Source of the DNA: Promethearchaeota archaeon
Lineage (GTDB): Archaea > Asgardarchaeota > Lokiarchaeia > Sigyniarchaeales > SOKP01
NCBI GenBank assembly: GCA_030603385.1
Contig: JAUVXW010000009.1
Location: 32,001-96,000 of the forward strand
Length of the DNA stretch: 64,000 nt
Direction: 5' to 3'
Shown: positions 38,450 to 49,158 of the stretch, one piece after another
How the letters are laid out: each line of letters opens with the position of its first letter
Position numbering within the stretch: the stretch's first letter is position 1
Made by a program: the position numbers and the translations under genes
Notes under the pieces: model-generated
Told to the model about the DNA's origin: nothing
What the model saw: only the letters and a program-made list of their open reading frames with translations
Database searches by the model: none

Positions 38450-39808
38450 ATGAAATCAAATACAAAATCAAATTTAATCATTATAGGATTCCTTTTCGCA
38501 TTATCAACGATGATAAGCATTAATCTCAATTCTGATGCAGGAAATAACGATAGAAGTACGGAATATAGTGATGATATTGAGTTTGATTATGAAAATGTGA
38601 AACTCTCAAAAATATCGGGAAAAATTCATATTGATAATAATTGGACTGTTGCCAAGAGTGCGGGAATTTGTACAGGTTCTGGCACTTATTCTGATCCATA
38701 TGTCATAGAAGATTTGGTAATAGATGGTAAGGGAACGGGAAATTGTATATTGATTGAAGACTCTAATGTATTCTTTAAAATAGAAAATTGTACGCTTTAT
38801 AATTCCGGAGGTGGACCACTTACGGCTGGGATTAAGTTAGATTCTGTTCGTAATGGATTATTAATCCAAAATAATGTTTTAAATAACTATGCATTTGGGA
38901 TATATTTACTGTCTAATGAAAAAGTAAAAATTATAGGAAACACCGTAAGTAACAACGTCGCCGATGGAATACAATTATCAATGGCTAATAATAACACGAT
39001 TTCGGGAAATGATGTAAATACTCATCCTTATTGGGGAATAGATTTACACCATAGTGATAATAACATGGTTTCGGACAACACTGCAAGCAACAATGATGAT
39101 GGAATACGTTTAGGGTTAAGTAATAATAACATAATTTCGGGAAACACTGTAAATTCTAATAATAATTTTGGGATAGAGATAATAACTAGTGATAACAACA
39201 CGGTTTTTGACAACACCGTAAACAATAACCGTCAAGGGATAGAATTAGGTAAAAGTGATAATAACACGATTTCGGGAAACACCGCAAATAATAACAGAGA
39301 GAATGGAATACGTTTAGGGTTAAGTCATCATAACAAAATTTCGGGAAACATTGTAAACAACAATACTGAAGATGGGATATATATACACTATAGTAATAAT
39401 AACACTGTCTCGGGAAACACTTTATTCAACAACAACAATACAGGGGTATATATAAGCTCTATTTCCAATAATAACAACATAGCTCTTAATTGCTTTATTA
39501 CTAATACTATCAATGCTGTTGATTATGGCTCGGGTAATCAATGGGATAATGGAATTAGGGGGAATTATTGGGCGGATTATGCTGGTTCAGATGCTAATGC
39601 TGACGGAATTGGTGACATTCCGTATAATATTACAGGTTCTGCGGGAAGTCAGGACAATTTTCCATTAATGAAATGTCCAATTTCAACTCGAAAGGGTGGG
39701 GGGGTTCCTTTCGAATTGATTATTTTAATTTCGGTTATTAGTGGAGGAGCAGTAATAGGTGTAGCAACCTTACTGTTAATTAGACGTAAAAGGAAAGGAA
39801 TACAATAA
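38450..39808 (+). CDS. Membrane-anchored parallel beta-helix (NosD/CASH-like) surface protein
   Basis: GSGTYSDPYVIED, repeated GIxLxxSNNNxISGNxxxNN, GNYWADY, DGIGDIPY, DNFPL, C-terminal TM helix. Confidence 0.88.
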   Translation: MKSNTKSNLIIIGFLFALSTMISINLNSDAGNNDRSTEYSDDIEFDYENVKLSKISGKIHIDNNWTVAKSAGICTGSGTYSDPYVIEDLVIDGKGTGNCILIEDSNVFFKIENCTLYNSGGGPLTAGIKLDSVRNGLLIQNNVLNNYAFGIYLLSNEKVKIIGNTVSNNVADGIQLSMANNNTISGNDVNTHPYWGIDLHHSDNNMVSDNTASNNDDGIRLGLSNNNIISGNTVNSNNNFGIEIITSDNNTVFDNTVNNNRQGIELGKSDNNTISGNTANNNRENGIRLGLSHHNKISGNIVNNNTEDGIYIHYSNNNTVSGNTLFNNNNTGVYISSISNNNNIALNCFITNTINAVDYGSGNQWDNGIRGNYWADYAGSDANADGIGDIPYNITGSAGSQDNFPLMKCPISTRKGGGVPFELIILISVISGGAVIGVATLLLIRRKRKGIQ

Positions 39809-39931
39809 TTAAATTTTTTTTTCCTATTTTTTTATTATTTTAAAATACTTAGTTTTTAACCCTCTTTTTCAATATCTCCAAGTATCTAAATCTAAGATAA
39901 ATTCATCTGCGAAACCTTCCAATCAATCTAT

Positions 39932-40153
39932 TTACTCTACGCCACTATTTGAAAGTTCATATTCAAAAGGGCGCCTATAAGGATTATGCTTACGCCTTAT
40001 TAATCCATTTCTGCGATAGTGCCAAATAGAGCTATTTACATTATTACTGTCTATGTTAGGTTCTATTTTTTGAAGGGATTCGGCTATATCTCGAACTATA
40101 GTCTCTTTATTCTCATTATTCATTATCTCAATTACAGTAAGAATTTGATACAT
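39932..40153 (-). CDS. Small winged-helix-like protein at the element border, possibly truncated
   Basis: VRDIAESL...NVNSSIWHYRRNGLIRR...YELSNSG. Confidence 0.55.
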   Translation of the reverse strand: MYQILTVIEIMNNENKETIVRDIAESLQKIEPNIDSNNVNSSIWHYRRNGLIRRKHNPYRRPFEYELSNSGVE

Positions 40154-40324
40154 TCTACTTCATTAAGGATTAATTTTGAAAATGAAAATTTTATATAATA
40201 GCGAATATACTCAAACAATTTTATATAAAAATTTATGAAAGTTTCCAAAATTATAAATATAATAATTAATTTATAATAATTATAAATTTAAAAAAAATTT
40301 AAATTTTTGGAGGTATTAAGAAAC

Positions 40325-41779
40325 ATGTTAGAATTGAGTGAAGAAAAAGTATACGATATTCGAAAGGTTTATGGAAAAGACAAGAAATCAGGAGAAGACT
40401 TTTATAACAAATGGCTTAGAGAATATCCAATCCTAAAAAACGAAGATGTACAAAAGTGGATTAGAAATAAGATAAATCAATTTACTGATGAGGGAAAAAA
40501 TCCGAAAGGTTTCAAAATAACGACATATTTAAGACCATTATATCAATATTGCCTGTTTAATAAAGTAGAAAACCCTACAGATTTATTAGATGAAGTAAAC
40601 ATGACTGTAGAAATAAACGGAAAAAAGGGAGATATAGAAAACGGAAATCTAAGATTAAAGACATATATTAATTTTCTTTTGGATGTAATAAAAGACAAAA
40701 ATAACAAACAGAAATTACAGAAATTAAAAGATCTAAAATTTAGGGTAATGAAAAATACTGGAAAAGTAAAGATACCAAACGAAGTTTCAGTTAGAAATAT
40801 GATACAAGGCAGAATTAGGAGTTTTTACTCATCCCGTGGATTTCAATTATCCGTAAAAATAAAAACAAAGGATTCTGGTAAAAATGTAAACGAAATAGAT
40901 GTAGACAAAGAAATGATAAAACGAATTAAAAACAACATCAATAATATTACATATAATTTGGTCTGTAAATTTCAAACTCAGACAGGATTAAGAATAAATG
41001 ATATATTGAAAGAGTTAACAAATGGTAAATATGTAATTGAAAATTATAAAGATGGAGATTTCGAACGTTACTTTATTAGAAATTTTGAAACACAGAAAGA
41101 AAAAGTGGTAATTAATTTTATGCCATTTACAAACGAATTAGCAGATATGTTGAGTCTTACATATCCTGAAATAAAAGATGATTTAACCAAATTGGATTTA
41201 TCAAATTTATTTATAACAAGAAACAATAAACGTATAAGGGAAGTTGATTACTTAGACAGATTAAAATTGGCAACTAAAAGGGCTGGAATAAAAGGAAATA
41301 TGAAGACACATTTGCTTAGAAAATATTATATAACACAGATAGAAGATGTTAAGGAAATAAGTAGTAAATTTAGAGACCATTTAGAAGGACATACCACAGA
41401 TTATTCAGATAAAACATATAATAAGAATATTAGACGTATCAAATGGTTTTTTGATAATTGGAAATTAATAGAAGAGAGTATTTGTGTAAACGGTGTTATA
41501 TATGGTAAAACAGATAAGAAAGTTATAAAATTGGATAAAAGATACAAAGATATAATGGAACAATTAGTTGAAACCAATAAAACAAATACAGAATTACAAA
41601 ATAAATTAAATAGTATGGAACATAAGGTAGAAGGATTTGACCAGTTATTTAGAATATTACTCGAAAAGCAAAGATATTCAGAGGAAATCGATGAAAAACA
41701 TGGAATTGAATCTACAAAGGTATACAAAGTTATGAAAAAGGTATTTGAAGAACATTTTGAAAAGTTAAGTAAAAAATAA
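40325..41779 (+). CDS. int: Tyrosine recombinase/integrase with C-terminal coiled coil
   Basis: QTGLRIND (R), TQKEK (K), THLLRKYY (HxxR), LEGH, DKTY (Y); GGAGGT precedes ATG 40325. Confidence 0.9.
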   Translation: MLELSEEKVYDIRKVYGKDKKSGEDFYNKWLREYPILKNEDVQKWIRNKINQFTDEGKNPKGFKITTYLRPLYQYCLFNKVENPTDLLDEVNMTVEINGKKGDIENGNLRLKTYINFLLDVIKDKNNKQKLQKLKDLKFRVMKNTGKVKIPNEVSVRNMIQGRIRSFYSSRGFQLSVKIKTKDSGKNVNEIDVDKEMIKRIKNNINNITYNLVCKFQTQTGLRINDILKELTNGKYVIENYKDGDFERYFIRNFETQKEKVVINFMPFTNELADMLSLTYPEIKDDLTKLDLSNLFITRNNKRIREVDYLDRLKLATKRAGIKGNMKTHLLRKYYITQIEDVKEISSKFRDHLEGHTTDYSDKTYNKNIRRIKWFFDNWKLIEESICVNGVIYGKTDKKVIKLDKRYKDIMEQLVETNKTNTELQNKLNSMEHKVEGFDQLFRILLEKQRYSEEIDEKHGIESTKVYKVMKKVFEEHFEKLSKK

Positions 41780-41822
41780 TTTTTTTTTTTCGTGAATTAT
41801 TATTTTAAAATTAGTATTCTTA

Positions 41823-43040
41823 TTATTTCCCTCTCTTTTCTATTAATAAATCTAAAATATCTTCTATGGTCATATCTCCAAAAAATTCATCAATCTTTTT
41901 ATCCTTCAACGAATTTAATTTTTTCTTTGTATATTCAAGCTTTTCGTTTATAAGTTTACTCTCTCTTTTAATATACTTTTTGGAATTTTCCAAATTTTTT
42001 ATCGCATATTCTGATTCTTCCATCTCCTTCATATAAAAGAATATATAATCATTAAGACGTTCTAATAATAATAGTATTGTTTTTATTAAATATGGTTTAT
42101 CTTGTGTAATTAATTTCTCTAAAACATCTGTGTCTTTTTTCTCCCTACCTATAAATTTTCCACGTGTATATTCATCATATTGATAACCTAAAATAGCATC
42201 AACAACAATTTTATCCAAATTATTATTAATATTTCCAATATGAAAATCATCTTTTTTTCTATCCTTAGAAATTATTTCACTTATATATTTTAAAATATTA
42301 GTATTTTTATATTTTATCGAATGTTCTATCATATCATCTAAATAATGATTTCTCATATAATTATAAACTTCATTGGTTGGTTCTGTTCTTAAAATAGAAT
42401 TGATCATATCTCGATTTACATTAATTTTATTATCTGGATATTTTATATTATAATCATTAAAATAATCTATTAAATAATTTACAATAGGTTCAATATAATG
42501 TGGATGTCTATTAGGATCCTTTCTATAATACAAAGTTTTATACATAAATGCCTTTTCGGAAACTGGTAAATTTAATCCTCTTTTTTCATCCTCTTCTTTT
42601 TTCTCCCTTTTTTCATCCTCTCTCTTTTTTTTCTCTTCTTTTTTTATTTCTAATTTTACTTTTCTTTTTATACGTTCCTCATACCATTCCTTTTCTACAA
42701 TAGGAAGTCCAATCACTTCATTTACATTATTAATATCAATCATATTCATAGTTTTTATTAATTCCTCTTTTTCTATATCATTCATATGTTCTATTTCAGA
42801 TTCTCTTTTACGGAAATCAAAAGGCATTTCATGAGTCTCAAAATAAAGCAATTGTACAAACTTCCATTTATAATCACTTTTATGACTTTTAAGTCTACCT
42901 AAGATATGCTTTGTTTCTCCAGTGTAATATCTCCAATCATCATTTCTACTCAAACAATTTAATATATAAATAAAATGATATTTATGTTTATTAATTCCAC
43001 ATAAAAATTCCATTTCTTTTTTAAACTCATCAATCTTCAT
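41823..43040 (-). CDS. GIY-YIG nuclease domain protein with a long C-terminal extension
   Basis: FIYILNC...YYTGETKHILGRLKSH...LLYFE...KRESEI. Confidence 0.78.
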   Translation of the reverse strand: MKIDEFKKEMEFLCGINKHKYHFIYILNCLSRNDDWRYYTGETKHILGRLKSHKSDYKWKFVQLLYFETHEMPFDFRKRESEIEHMNDIEKEELIKTMNMIDINNVNEVIGLPIVEKEWYEERIKRKVKLEIKKEEKKKREDEKREKKEEDEKRGLNLPVSEKAFMYKTLYYRKDPNRHPHYIEPIVNYLIDYFNDYNIKYPDNKINVNRDMINSILRTEPTNEVYNYMRNHYLDDMIEHSIKYKNTNILKYISEIISKDRKKDDFHIGNINNNLDKIVVDAILGYQYDEYTRGKFIGREKKDTDVLEKLITQDKPYLIKTILLLLERLNDYIFFYMKEMEESEYAIKNLENSKKYIKRESKLINEKLEYTKKKLNSLKDKKIDEFFGDMTIEDILDLLIEKRGK

Positions 43041-43345
43041 TTAAATAACCTTAATAAGCCATTTTTCTAAATAAATTATAATGTTTATAAAATTTAATAA
43101 TTTTGAATAAACACCATATCTAACAACCAATAATCATTAGAAAAAGAATAATTAATTTTTTTTCTCTAAATATCAAATTAAATAATCTAAAAATCAATAC
43201 AATCATCATTTATAACTGAAAATTTGAATGAATCATCACACATCAATATTTTATATTGGAAATTTATAAATATTATAAAAACCAATGTTTTGACTCTTAA
43301 ATTTGATAAACGCCAAAACATTTTAAATAAAAGAAAAAAAATTAA

Positions 43346-44035
43346 TTATTGTTCTTTTCCGCACATTGGACAGAACATTTTTGTTTCGTCTAATATTTCA
43401 GTTCCACATTCTGGACAATATAACTTTTGTATTTTATAAATTTCTTTTTGCTTTTTTATGGTTTCTCTTATATTCCTTTTTTTATGTCTCTTTTTGAATA
43501 TATTTTTCCCTGTAATAATAATAACTACAGACATATATCCAAGACATCCTAAAAATATATAAATAGGTATAAAAGTAAGTAGAACCAAAAAATCCAACGA
43601 AGTCTCTTTATATGTAGAATAATATTCAAAAGATATATAGGAAGAAATTACATCAAAATTTATAACCAAAATAGTCCACGTATCGTAAAAAGGGAAATCC
43701 ATATTATACCATGCTTCTCCTCCAGATTCATCTGTAAAATGCCAATAATTAGTATATGAATTATAATCATAAACATCAAAGTCAAGCCCGTGTTGCCCAG
43801 AAGACAATAAAACAACATAAAAATCGAATGGTGGATCACAATAAAATTTAAAAAGAAAATGATCTCCATCTTGTCCTTTAACATAAAAAAGCCATCCTGT
43901 ATCTCTCTGCATTTCACGTTCAGTACGTCCTTCCCATGTTTCTACTTTTGGATAAAAAACAACTATTATCGCTGAAATAACTACTCCTATTAATAAAAAG
44001 GAAACCAAAAACAAAACAATTATATATTTCTTCAT
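43346..44035 (-). CDS. Two-TM membrane protein with extracellular beta domain and C-terminal zinc ribbon
   Basis: N-terminal TM, second TM, CPECG...FCPMCG; ATG 44035 follows the SD sequence. Confidence 0.78.
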   Translation of the reverse strand: MKKYIIVLFLVSFLLIGVVISAIIVVFYPKVETWEGRTEREMQRDTGWLFYVKGQDGDHFLFKFYCDPPFDFYVVLLSSGQHGLDFDVYDYNSYTNYWHFTDESGGEAWYNMDFPFYDTWTILVINFDVISSYISFEYYSTYKETSLDFLVLLTFIPIYIFLGCLGYMSVVIIITGKNIFKKRHKKRNIRETIKKQKEIYKIQKLYCPECGTEILDETKMFCPMCGKEQ

Positions 44036-44076
44036 TTTTTTTATCACCTCCTTCATTTGTTTAATTTGAAATAAAT

Positions 44077-44553
44077 TTATCCAATTATCATTTCTCCTGT
44101 ATATCTAAAATTAATTCCTTCAACAATCAATTCCTCCATATCTGGATATTCACTCTTCATTCCCATAATTACCTGTTTCCATGTTATTAATTTACATGTC
44201 ATACATTCTGTCTCACCATATATATCAACAAAATCTTCAAGATAATGCTTATTTTTGGGTTGAATCCATTTTTTTAATCCTGTTAGTATCCAGATATGAT
44301 CTTCTTTAAACAGACATTCATCATATATTGGCTGAATTCTATGTCTATCTGCAATTATTTGCTTTATATTGTGCTTCTTATTATGAGTTTTACACCATAC
44401 ATACCTCTCATCTTTCGTCCTTAGCTTGTTAATTTCAATCATCTTCTCAGAATGTTGTTCGTCTATTTCGTTAAATTTTTTTCTTAAAATTCTGCTCTGT
44501 TCCCTTAGTTTCATTATTTCTTCATATAATTCCATTATTTCTTCTTCACTCAT
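44077..44553 (-). CDS. Hypothetical protein (N-terminal coiled coil; CxxH and CxxC)
   Basis: ORF with SD GGAGGTG. Confidence 0.7.
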   Translation of the reverse strand: MSEEEIMELYEEIMKLREQSRILRKKFNEIDEQHSEKMIEINKLRTKDERYVWCKTHNKKHNIKQIIADRHRIQPIYDECLFKEDHIWILTGLKKWIQPKNKHYLEDFVDIYGETECMTCKLITWKQVIMGMKSEYPDMEELIVEGINFRYTGEMIIG

Positions 44554-44567
44554 TATTTAACACCTCC

Positions 44568-44882
44568 TTATTTTTTTAATGAATAATTTAACATATTAAA
44601 TACAGCCATATTTCTCCTCCTTATATTCATCAACCCGCCACTCTCATCTGTTTGGAATCTAAATTTTCTACCATCTTTTAGATTAATTAATGGTCTTTTA
44701 GCTGTTTTCGGAAATTTCTCAGAAATAGTAACAGAATTAATTTCTTCAAATTTAATCTCAGTTATATTTCCTCTATGAAACAAAAATACGATCTTATCGT
44801 CCTCAATCTTTAAAGTTCCCCAGTGTCGTCTTTTTGGTAATCGTGTTTCTCCTTCCAACATTAAAAATCCCTGATAACTCAT
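44568..44882 (-). CDS. PH-like domain protein
   Basis: WGTLKIEDDKIVF...EIKFEEINSVTI...LINLKDGRKFRF resembles bacterial PH/GRAM folds. Confidence 0.55.
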   Translation of the reverse strand: MSYQGFLMLEGETRLPKRRHWGTLKIEDDKIVFLFHRGNITEIKFEEINSVTISEKFPKTAKRPLINLKDGRKFRFQTDESGGLMNIRRRNMAVFNMLNYSLKK

Positions 44883-44901
44883 CTTTTCACCTCCTCATTT
44901 G

Positions 44902-45108
44902 TTATTTTTTTAATGATTTTAAATCTTTTATCTTTTCATAAATATCTTTGTCAAATTGTTTTAAAAATTCTGAACTACATTTTTCTTTTAAATATTTCAC
45001 TATTTCCCTGATAATCGTTAATGAATCACGATTCATTTGTATACTTGATTTAACGTTCTCCTGTATAGAATCAATTCGTTTTAATATATCATCTAATTTT
45101 TCACTCAT
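44902..45108 (-). CDS. Small hypothetical protein
   Basis: ORF following a junction repeat. Confidence 0.65.
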   Translation of the reverse strand: MSEKLDDILKRIDSIQENVKSSIQMNRDSLTIIREIVKYLKEKCSSEFLKQFDKDIYEKIKDLKSLKK

Positions 45109-45150
45109 CTTATTATCACCTCATCATTTGTTATTTGGAATAAATTTATA

Positions 45151-45354
45151 TCATGATAATGATTTTTGATCTAATAAAATTCGAGTTAAATGTAACCCAA
45201 GACCTGGATATGCCCCTCCCCATATTCCAGCATATTCTCCAATTATAGCAATAGTAAGGAAGGTTATGACAATAATAATAAATATAATTGTATATTCCAA
45301 TAACTTAATTCTTTTTTCCAAATATTTTATTCTATTATCAAAATCTTCTGTCAT
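45151..45354 (-). CDS. Small single-TM protein
   Basis: Short coiled coil plus hydrophobic segment; overlaps the upstream stop codon. Confidence 0.65.
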   Translation of the reverse strand: MTEDFDNRIKYLEKRIKLLEYTIIFIIIVITFLTIAIIGEYAGIWGGAYPGLGLHLTRILLDQKSLS

Positions 45355-45710
45355 GTTAGAACCTCCTGTTTTAATTTTTCCATATCTTTTATTGCTTCAT
45401 CTCTATATTCTATTACAATATCTTTTAATTCTGGCAATTCAAATAATTCTAATTTTAAAAATGTCACACGATTTTCATCATATATTTCTAAAAACATAAC
45501 CAATTCATTTTTTGGATGATAAGTCCATTCAAATCCACCGTATTTAATATTCCTTTTTTTTAATGCTTCGTTGGTTTTATTTATTAAATTAGAATATTTA
45601 TCCAATAGTTTACCTTTTAAAAAAATAGGTTCACTCCATTTTTCACCTGTATCTTTTTCTAATCGTTTTTGTCTTAGTTTTATCATTCTCTTATGATATT
45701 TTTCACTCAT
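45351..45710 (-). CDS. Hypothetical protein
   Basis: ORF following a junction repeat. Confidence 0.7.
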   Translation of the reverse strand: MSEKYHKRMIKLRQKRLEKDTGEKWSEPIFLKGKLLDKYSNLINKTNEALKKRNIKYGGFEWTYHPKNELVMFLEIYDENRVTFLKLELFELPELKDIVIEYRDEAIKDMEKLKQEVLT

Positions 45711-45752
45711 CTCTTTTCTACCCCTTCATTTGTGATTTGGAATAAATTTATT

Positions 45753-46484
45753 TTATATTAAAGCCTCAATATCATTTTCTTTATTTCCAATATCAATCCA
45801 ATAATCTATGGCTTGTTTAGCCTTTGGATTTGCTTCAAATCCAATGTATTTTCTATTTGTTATGATACAATTATAAGCAGTAGTTCCATTTCCCATAAAA
45901 GGGTCTAATACGATATCTCCTTCATTGCTTGAATTTTCAATTAAATCACGAACTAATCGATTTGGTAGTTTAGTACCAATTTTCGGTACATTAGCAGAAA
46001 TTCTAGGTCTACTCATAGTAAAAACATCTGGCATATTGAGTCTTAGTCTATTAAACTTGTATTTGTTTATGTCCCTAACCAAGAAATAGATATGATAATG
46101 AGCTGATGAGTATTTCTTTTTTGCTTTTGCTTGTGTAGTGCCACATACCCAAATACAATGGTTTAACCTAATCAAATCGAGTCTGTCTAATATTCTTTCT
46201 ACATTATTTAAATGATTCCAACCTAACACTATATACATTGAGCCAGAATGTTTTAACACTCTTTCTGCTTCTAACATCCATTTAAGTGTAAAATTATAAT
46301 AATGTTCTGGTTTAACTTCTACATATCCTTCCATTAAATTTTCAGAGTTTCTGACATAATTATATGCACCCTTATCAAACCAAATGCCAAACGGAGGATC
46401 TGCTATAATTAAATCAATTGAATTGTTACGTATTCTTTTCATGCCTGATATACAGTTTTCATAATAGATATGATTTAATTCCAT
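45753..46484 (-). CDS. Orphan amino-DNA methyltransferase (m6A/m4C, beta class)
   Basis: DLIIADPPF precedes VLDPFMGNGTT; KPxxL-like KLPNRLVRDLIENSSNEGD. Confidence 0.9.
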   Translation of the reverse strand: MELNHIYYENCISGMKRIRNNSIDLIIADPPFGIWFDKGAYNYVRNSENLMEGYVEVKPEHYYNFTLKWMLEAERVLKHSGSMYIVLGWNHLNNVERILDRLDLIRLNHCIWVCGTTQAKAKKKYSSAHYHIYFLVRDINKYKFNRLRLNMPDVFTMSRPRISANVPKIGTKLPNRLVRDLIENSSNEGDIVLDPFMGNGTTAYNCIITNRKYIGFEANPKAKQAIDYWIDIGNKENDIEALI

Positions 46485-46515
46485 TTAATCACCTGTTCTG
46501 TTTTTTGAAATAAAT

Positions 46516-46779
46516 TTATTTAATTATTCCTAAACGTATCTTGTTGGCTTTCCGTAAATACAATATTGGATAAATCATAAAAACAACAATAGTTAAAACT
46601 ATACCTATACACAAGCTAATCATTGCTTCGTATTGAAGGACATAATTACCCGTTGTATCTACATAATCAAGAGTTTGTATTGCATGTATCATAATATAAA
46701 GAATCACACAGCCAACTATTATTGAAATTGTGACCAATGTTCTTAATTTATCATATTTCATCATTTCCTCTTCACTCAT
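46516..46779 (-). CDS. Small two-TM protein
   Basis: Two hydrophobic segments; ATG 46779 follows GGAGGTGG. Confidence 0.7.
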   Translation of the reverse strand: MSEEEMMKYDKLRTLVTISIIVGCVILYIMIHAIQTLDYVDTTGNYVLQYEAMISLCIGIVLTIVVFMIYPILYLRKANKIRLGIIK

Positions 46780-46799
46780 CCTTATTACCACCTCCTATA

Positions 46800-47252
46800 T
46801 TATTTAATTTCGATTTTTAAATGTTTACATTCCTTCAACTTCCTTTTTAAGAAATTCAAGAATTTTTTATATGATTTTAAACCATATCTTTTTTTAATCC
46901 AGTTGGTCATTGCTATGAAAATCATATCTACATCTTCCAATGTCTCTTTTAAAATTTGATTATCTAACTCCTTTTCTGTCACTTCTGTAAATCCTAATTC
47001 CTCCAATTTTTCTATTGACGGATCATCTAAAAATTTCTGCTTTAATTTTTCTTGTTTATTTTCTTGTTTATTTTCTTGTTCATGTTCCCACATTTTAAAA
47101 GCATGAGTTATCTCGTTATTTTTATTTAACGCAGTCCTATTTGTTTCATGATAATATTGTTCAAATAATATTTCTTGTCTTTTTGTATATCTTTGTCTAC
47201 TACCTTGAGAATAATACCATTTCTTTATTCTCCTCCAAAATTCATTACTCAT
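46800..47252 (-). CDS. Hypothetical protein carrying the recurrent ETGK module
   Basis: YYHETNRTALNKNNEITHAFKMW. Confidence 0.7.
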   Translation of the reverse strand: MSNEFWRRIKKWYYSQGSRQRYTKRQEILFEQYYHETNRTALNKNNEITHAFKMWEHEQENKQENKQEKLKQKFLDDPSIEKLEELGFTEVTEKELDNQILKETLEDVDMIFIAMTNWIKKRYGLKSYKKFLNFLKRKLKECKHLKIEIK

Positions 47253-47258
47253 TTTATA

Positions 47259-47990
47259 TCACGTCCTGTTTTGTTTAATTTTCTTTTGATATTGTAACCA
47301 TTGTTTAAATTGTACAGTGATTTTATTACCCCAAATAACATGTTGACCTGTCTCGGCTTCAAATCTTTTTATTAATTTTGGATATTTATTTTGAAACTCA
47401 TTTACACTCATTTTTATTCCTTTTTGTTTCTTTAAATTTTGCGGATTTAAAAGAACATGAAACATAAAATTCAATTTATTTTTTTCCCCGTCCTTTTCAT
47501 CTTCTTTATCATATTCATAAGTTTCATAAACTCCATATATCCTTCCGTACAATTTACATAAGGAAATAAATTTATCAAAGTTCTGTCTAATATGAATAAT
47601 TTTTTCGAGATTATTAGTGGCATAATCAATAATTTGAATGTAATTCTTAAACTCTTTATGTAGCTTTAATTTTAATAAAATTTCAATGAACTTTGCTTTA
47701 TATTTAAAAGTGAATTTATTATATTTGTCACGTTTACTCTCAATACATTCAGCAAAATTATACCATAAATTATTATCAAGATATTTTATAAAACCTCCAC
47801 CAAGTTTTAATGCACCTCTCATCGAAATAAGCACATATTTACCATCCTCTGTATCTGGTGTTTCTGGTAAAGGTATATTGCTTTTAATGAATTCTTCAGC
47901 AGTAAGCTCTATATAATCTTTCTCATTCCCCTTTTCAAACATTTTTCTTACCATTTCTTTTAATCTCCTTCTTTTTATTAGGAATTCCAT
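47259..47990 (-). CDS. Hypothetical protein with C-terminal ETGK module
   Basis: FEAETGQHVIWGNKITVQFKQW. Confidence 0.7.
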   Translation of the reverse strand: MEFLIKRRRLKEMVRKMFEKGNEKDYIELTAEEFIKSNIPLPETPDTEDGKYVLISMRGALKLGGGFIKYLDNNLWYNFAECIESKRDKYNKFTFKYKAKFIEILLKLKLHKEFKNYIQIIDYATNNLEKIIHIRQNFDKFISLCKLYGRIYGVYETYEYDKEDEKDGEKNKLNFMFHVLLNPQNLKKQKGIKMSVNEFQNKYPKLIKRFEAETGQHVIWGNKITVQFKQWLQYQKKIKQNRT

Positions 47991-48450
47991 AACGAAATTT
48001 ATCTGTATGTTTAATATATGTGAGTCTCTTTTCGATGAGTTTTATGATGGATTTTGTGCTTTCATCATCAACGTGTTCTCTAATAAATTGATAATACTCA
48101 TCCCAAGTTTCCAATTTGTGATATTTCATAAATCTCGCAATATCTAATAAAGGTAAATCTGTACCTCTTCCTTTTTCAAACAAATAAAAAATACAGAAAA
48201 TATTGTTTTTCCAACCATAATCAACCTCTTCTATGCCTAAATCTTTAAAAACTCTCTTTATGAACGGCACCAAATTAATAATTTCTTTCTCATATCTCAG
48301 AACTTTATGTGCTGGCTTTTTCACAAATTTCGTTAAAAAATCCAAATAACCTGTATATGTATAACAACGTACAACTCCACATCTTAAATATCCTTCATCT
48401 ACTTTTCCTTTTTCTAAGACATTCTTATATTTATTGCTCAATTTTTTCAA
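47935..48450 (-). CDS. Hypothetical protein
   Basis: 171-aa ORF in the co-oriented array. Confidence 0.65.
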   Translation of the reverse strand: MKKLSNKYKNVLEKGKVDEGYLRCGVVRCYTYTGYLDFLTKFVKKPAHKVLRYEKEIINLVPFIKRVFKDLGIEEVDYGWKNNIFCIFYLFEKGRGTDLPLLDIARFMKYHKLETWDEYYQFIREHVDDESTKSIIKLIEKRLTYIKHTDKFRYGIPNKKKEIKRNGKKNV

Positions 48451-48462
48451 CTCTTTTTTTTA

Positions 48463-49158
48463 TTACTTCGCATAACCTTTATGCTCTTTATATACATTCC
48501 CTCTATAATGTGTTCTCTTACACCACGAGCAGTAATAAGGTTGAGTCATAGGTGGCGGTGGTCTATTAGTCCTTTCAATATTATCTACCCATTCATTTAA
48601 GTTATGGATTTCATCATTACTAAGTAATCCTTTTTCTATTTTTTCATTCAATATACCTCGAAAAAGATATGTTTGTTTTTGTATTTGTTCGTATGATAAT
48701 TCTTTACAACCTAAATTTGCTGAAACAAAAATACCCATAGCTTCACTATCAGAGAGTTCCATTATTTTACAACTAATTTTTTCACGACCTAACTTTTTCG
48801 TGGCAGTAAACCTTCGATACCCCTCCACAAGAGAATATTTTTCACTATTATTAATTGGTCTAATAATAACAGGAGTTATCAAACCTACATCAAGTATAGA
48901 CATTAATAAAGCTCCATCATTTTCGTCATTAGACCATCTATCTCGAAATGAGATAGAATCATCAATTTTAATATTCTTAATGTCAATCTCTTTTATATTC
49001 CATTTCATTTGTTTTATCTCTTTTTGCTTATATCTCCATTGTTTAAATTGTCCAGATAGCTTACCACCTATAATGGCATTTTTGCCTGTCTCTTTTTTAA
49101 ACAATAAAGTCGATTTATATATTTTTGGATATTTATTTTTGAATACTTCTGTGTTCAT
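48463..49158 (-). CDS. ParB/Srx-like domain protein with N-terminal ETGK module and C-terminal CxxC-H-H motif
   Basis: LLMSILDVGLITPVIIR...YSLVEGYRRFTATKKLG...SAN. Confidence 0.85.
   Translation of the reverse strand: MNTEVFKNKYPKIYKSTLLFKKETGKNAIIGGKLSGQFKQWRYKQKEIKQMKWNIKEIDIKNIKIDDSISFRDRWSNDENDGALLMSILDVGLITPVIIRPINNSEKYSLVEGYRRFTATKKLGREKISCKIMELSDSEAMGIFVSANLGCKELSYEQIQKQTYLFRGILNEKIEKGLLSNDEIHNLNEWVDNIERTNRPPPPMTQPYYCSWCKRTHYRGNVYKEHKGYAK

Noticed and set aside
38900-39480. AAC/AAT-rich repeats as a diversity-generating retroelement template
   Set aside because: Explained by Asn-ladder beta-helix coding; no reverse transcriptase and no TR/VR pair
39869-39934. Stop-codon readthrough or recoding extending the 39932 wHTH ORF (GVE*ID*LEGFADEF...)
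   Set aside because: Two different stops (TAA, TGA) and no independent support; at most pseudogene decay
39810-40300. tRNA or att site at the left border of the element
   Set aside because: No cloverleaf seen and no matching direct repeat found by eye within the window
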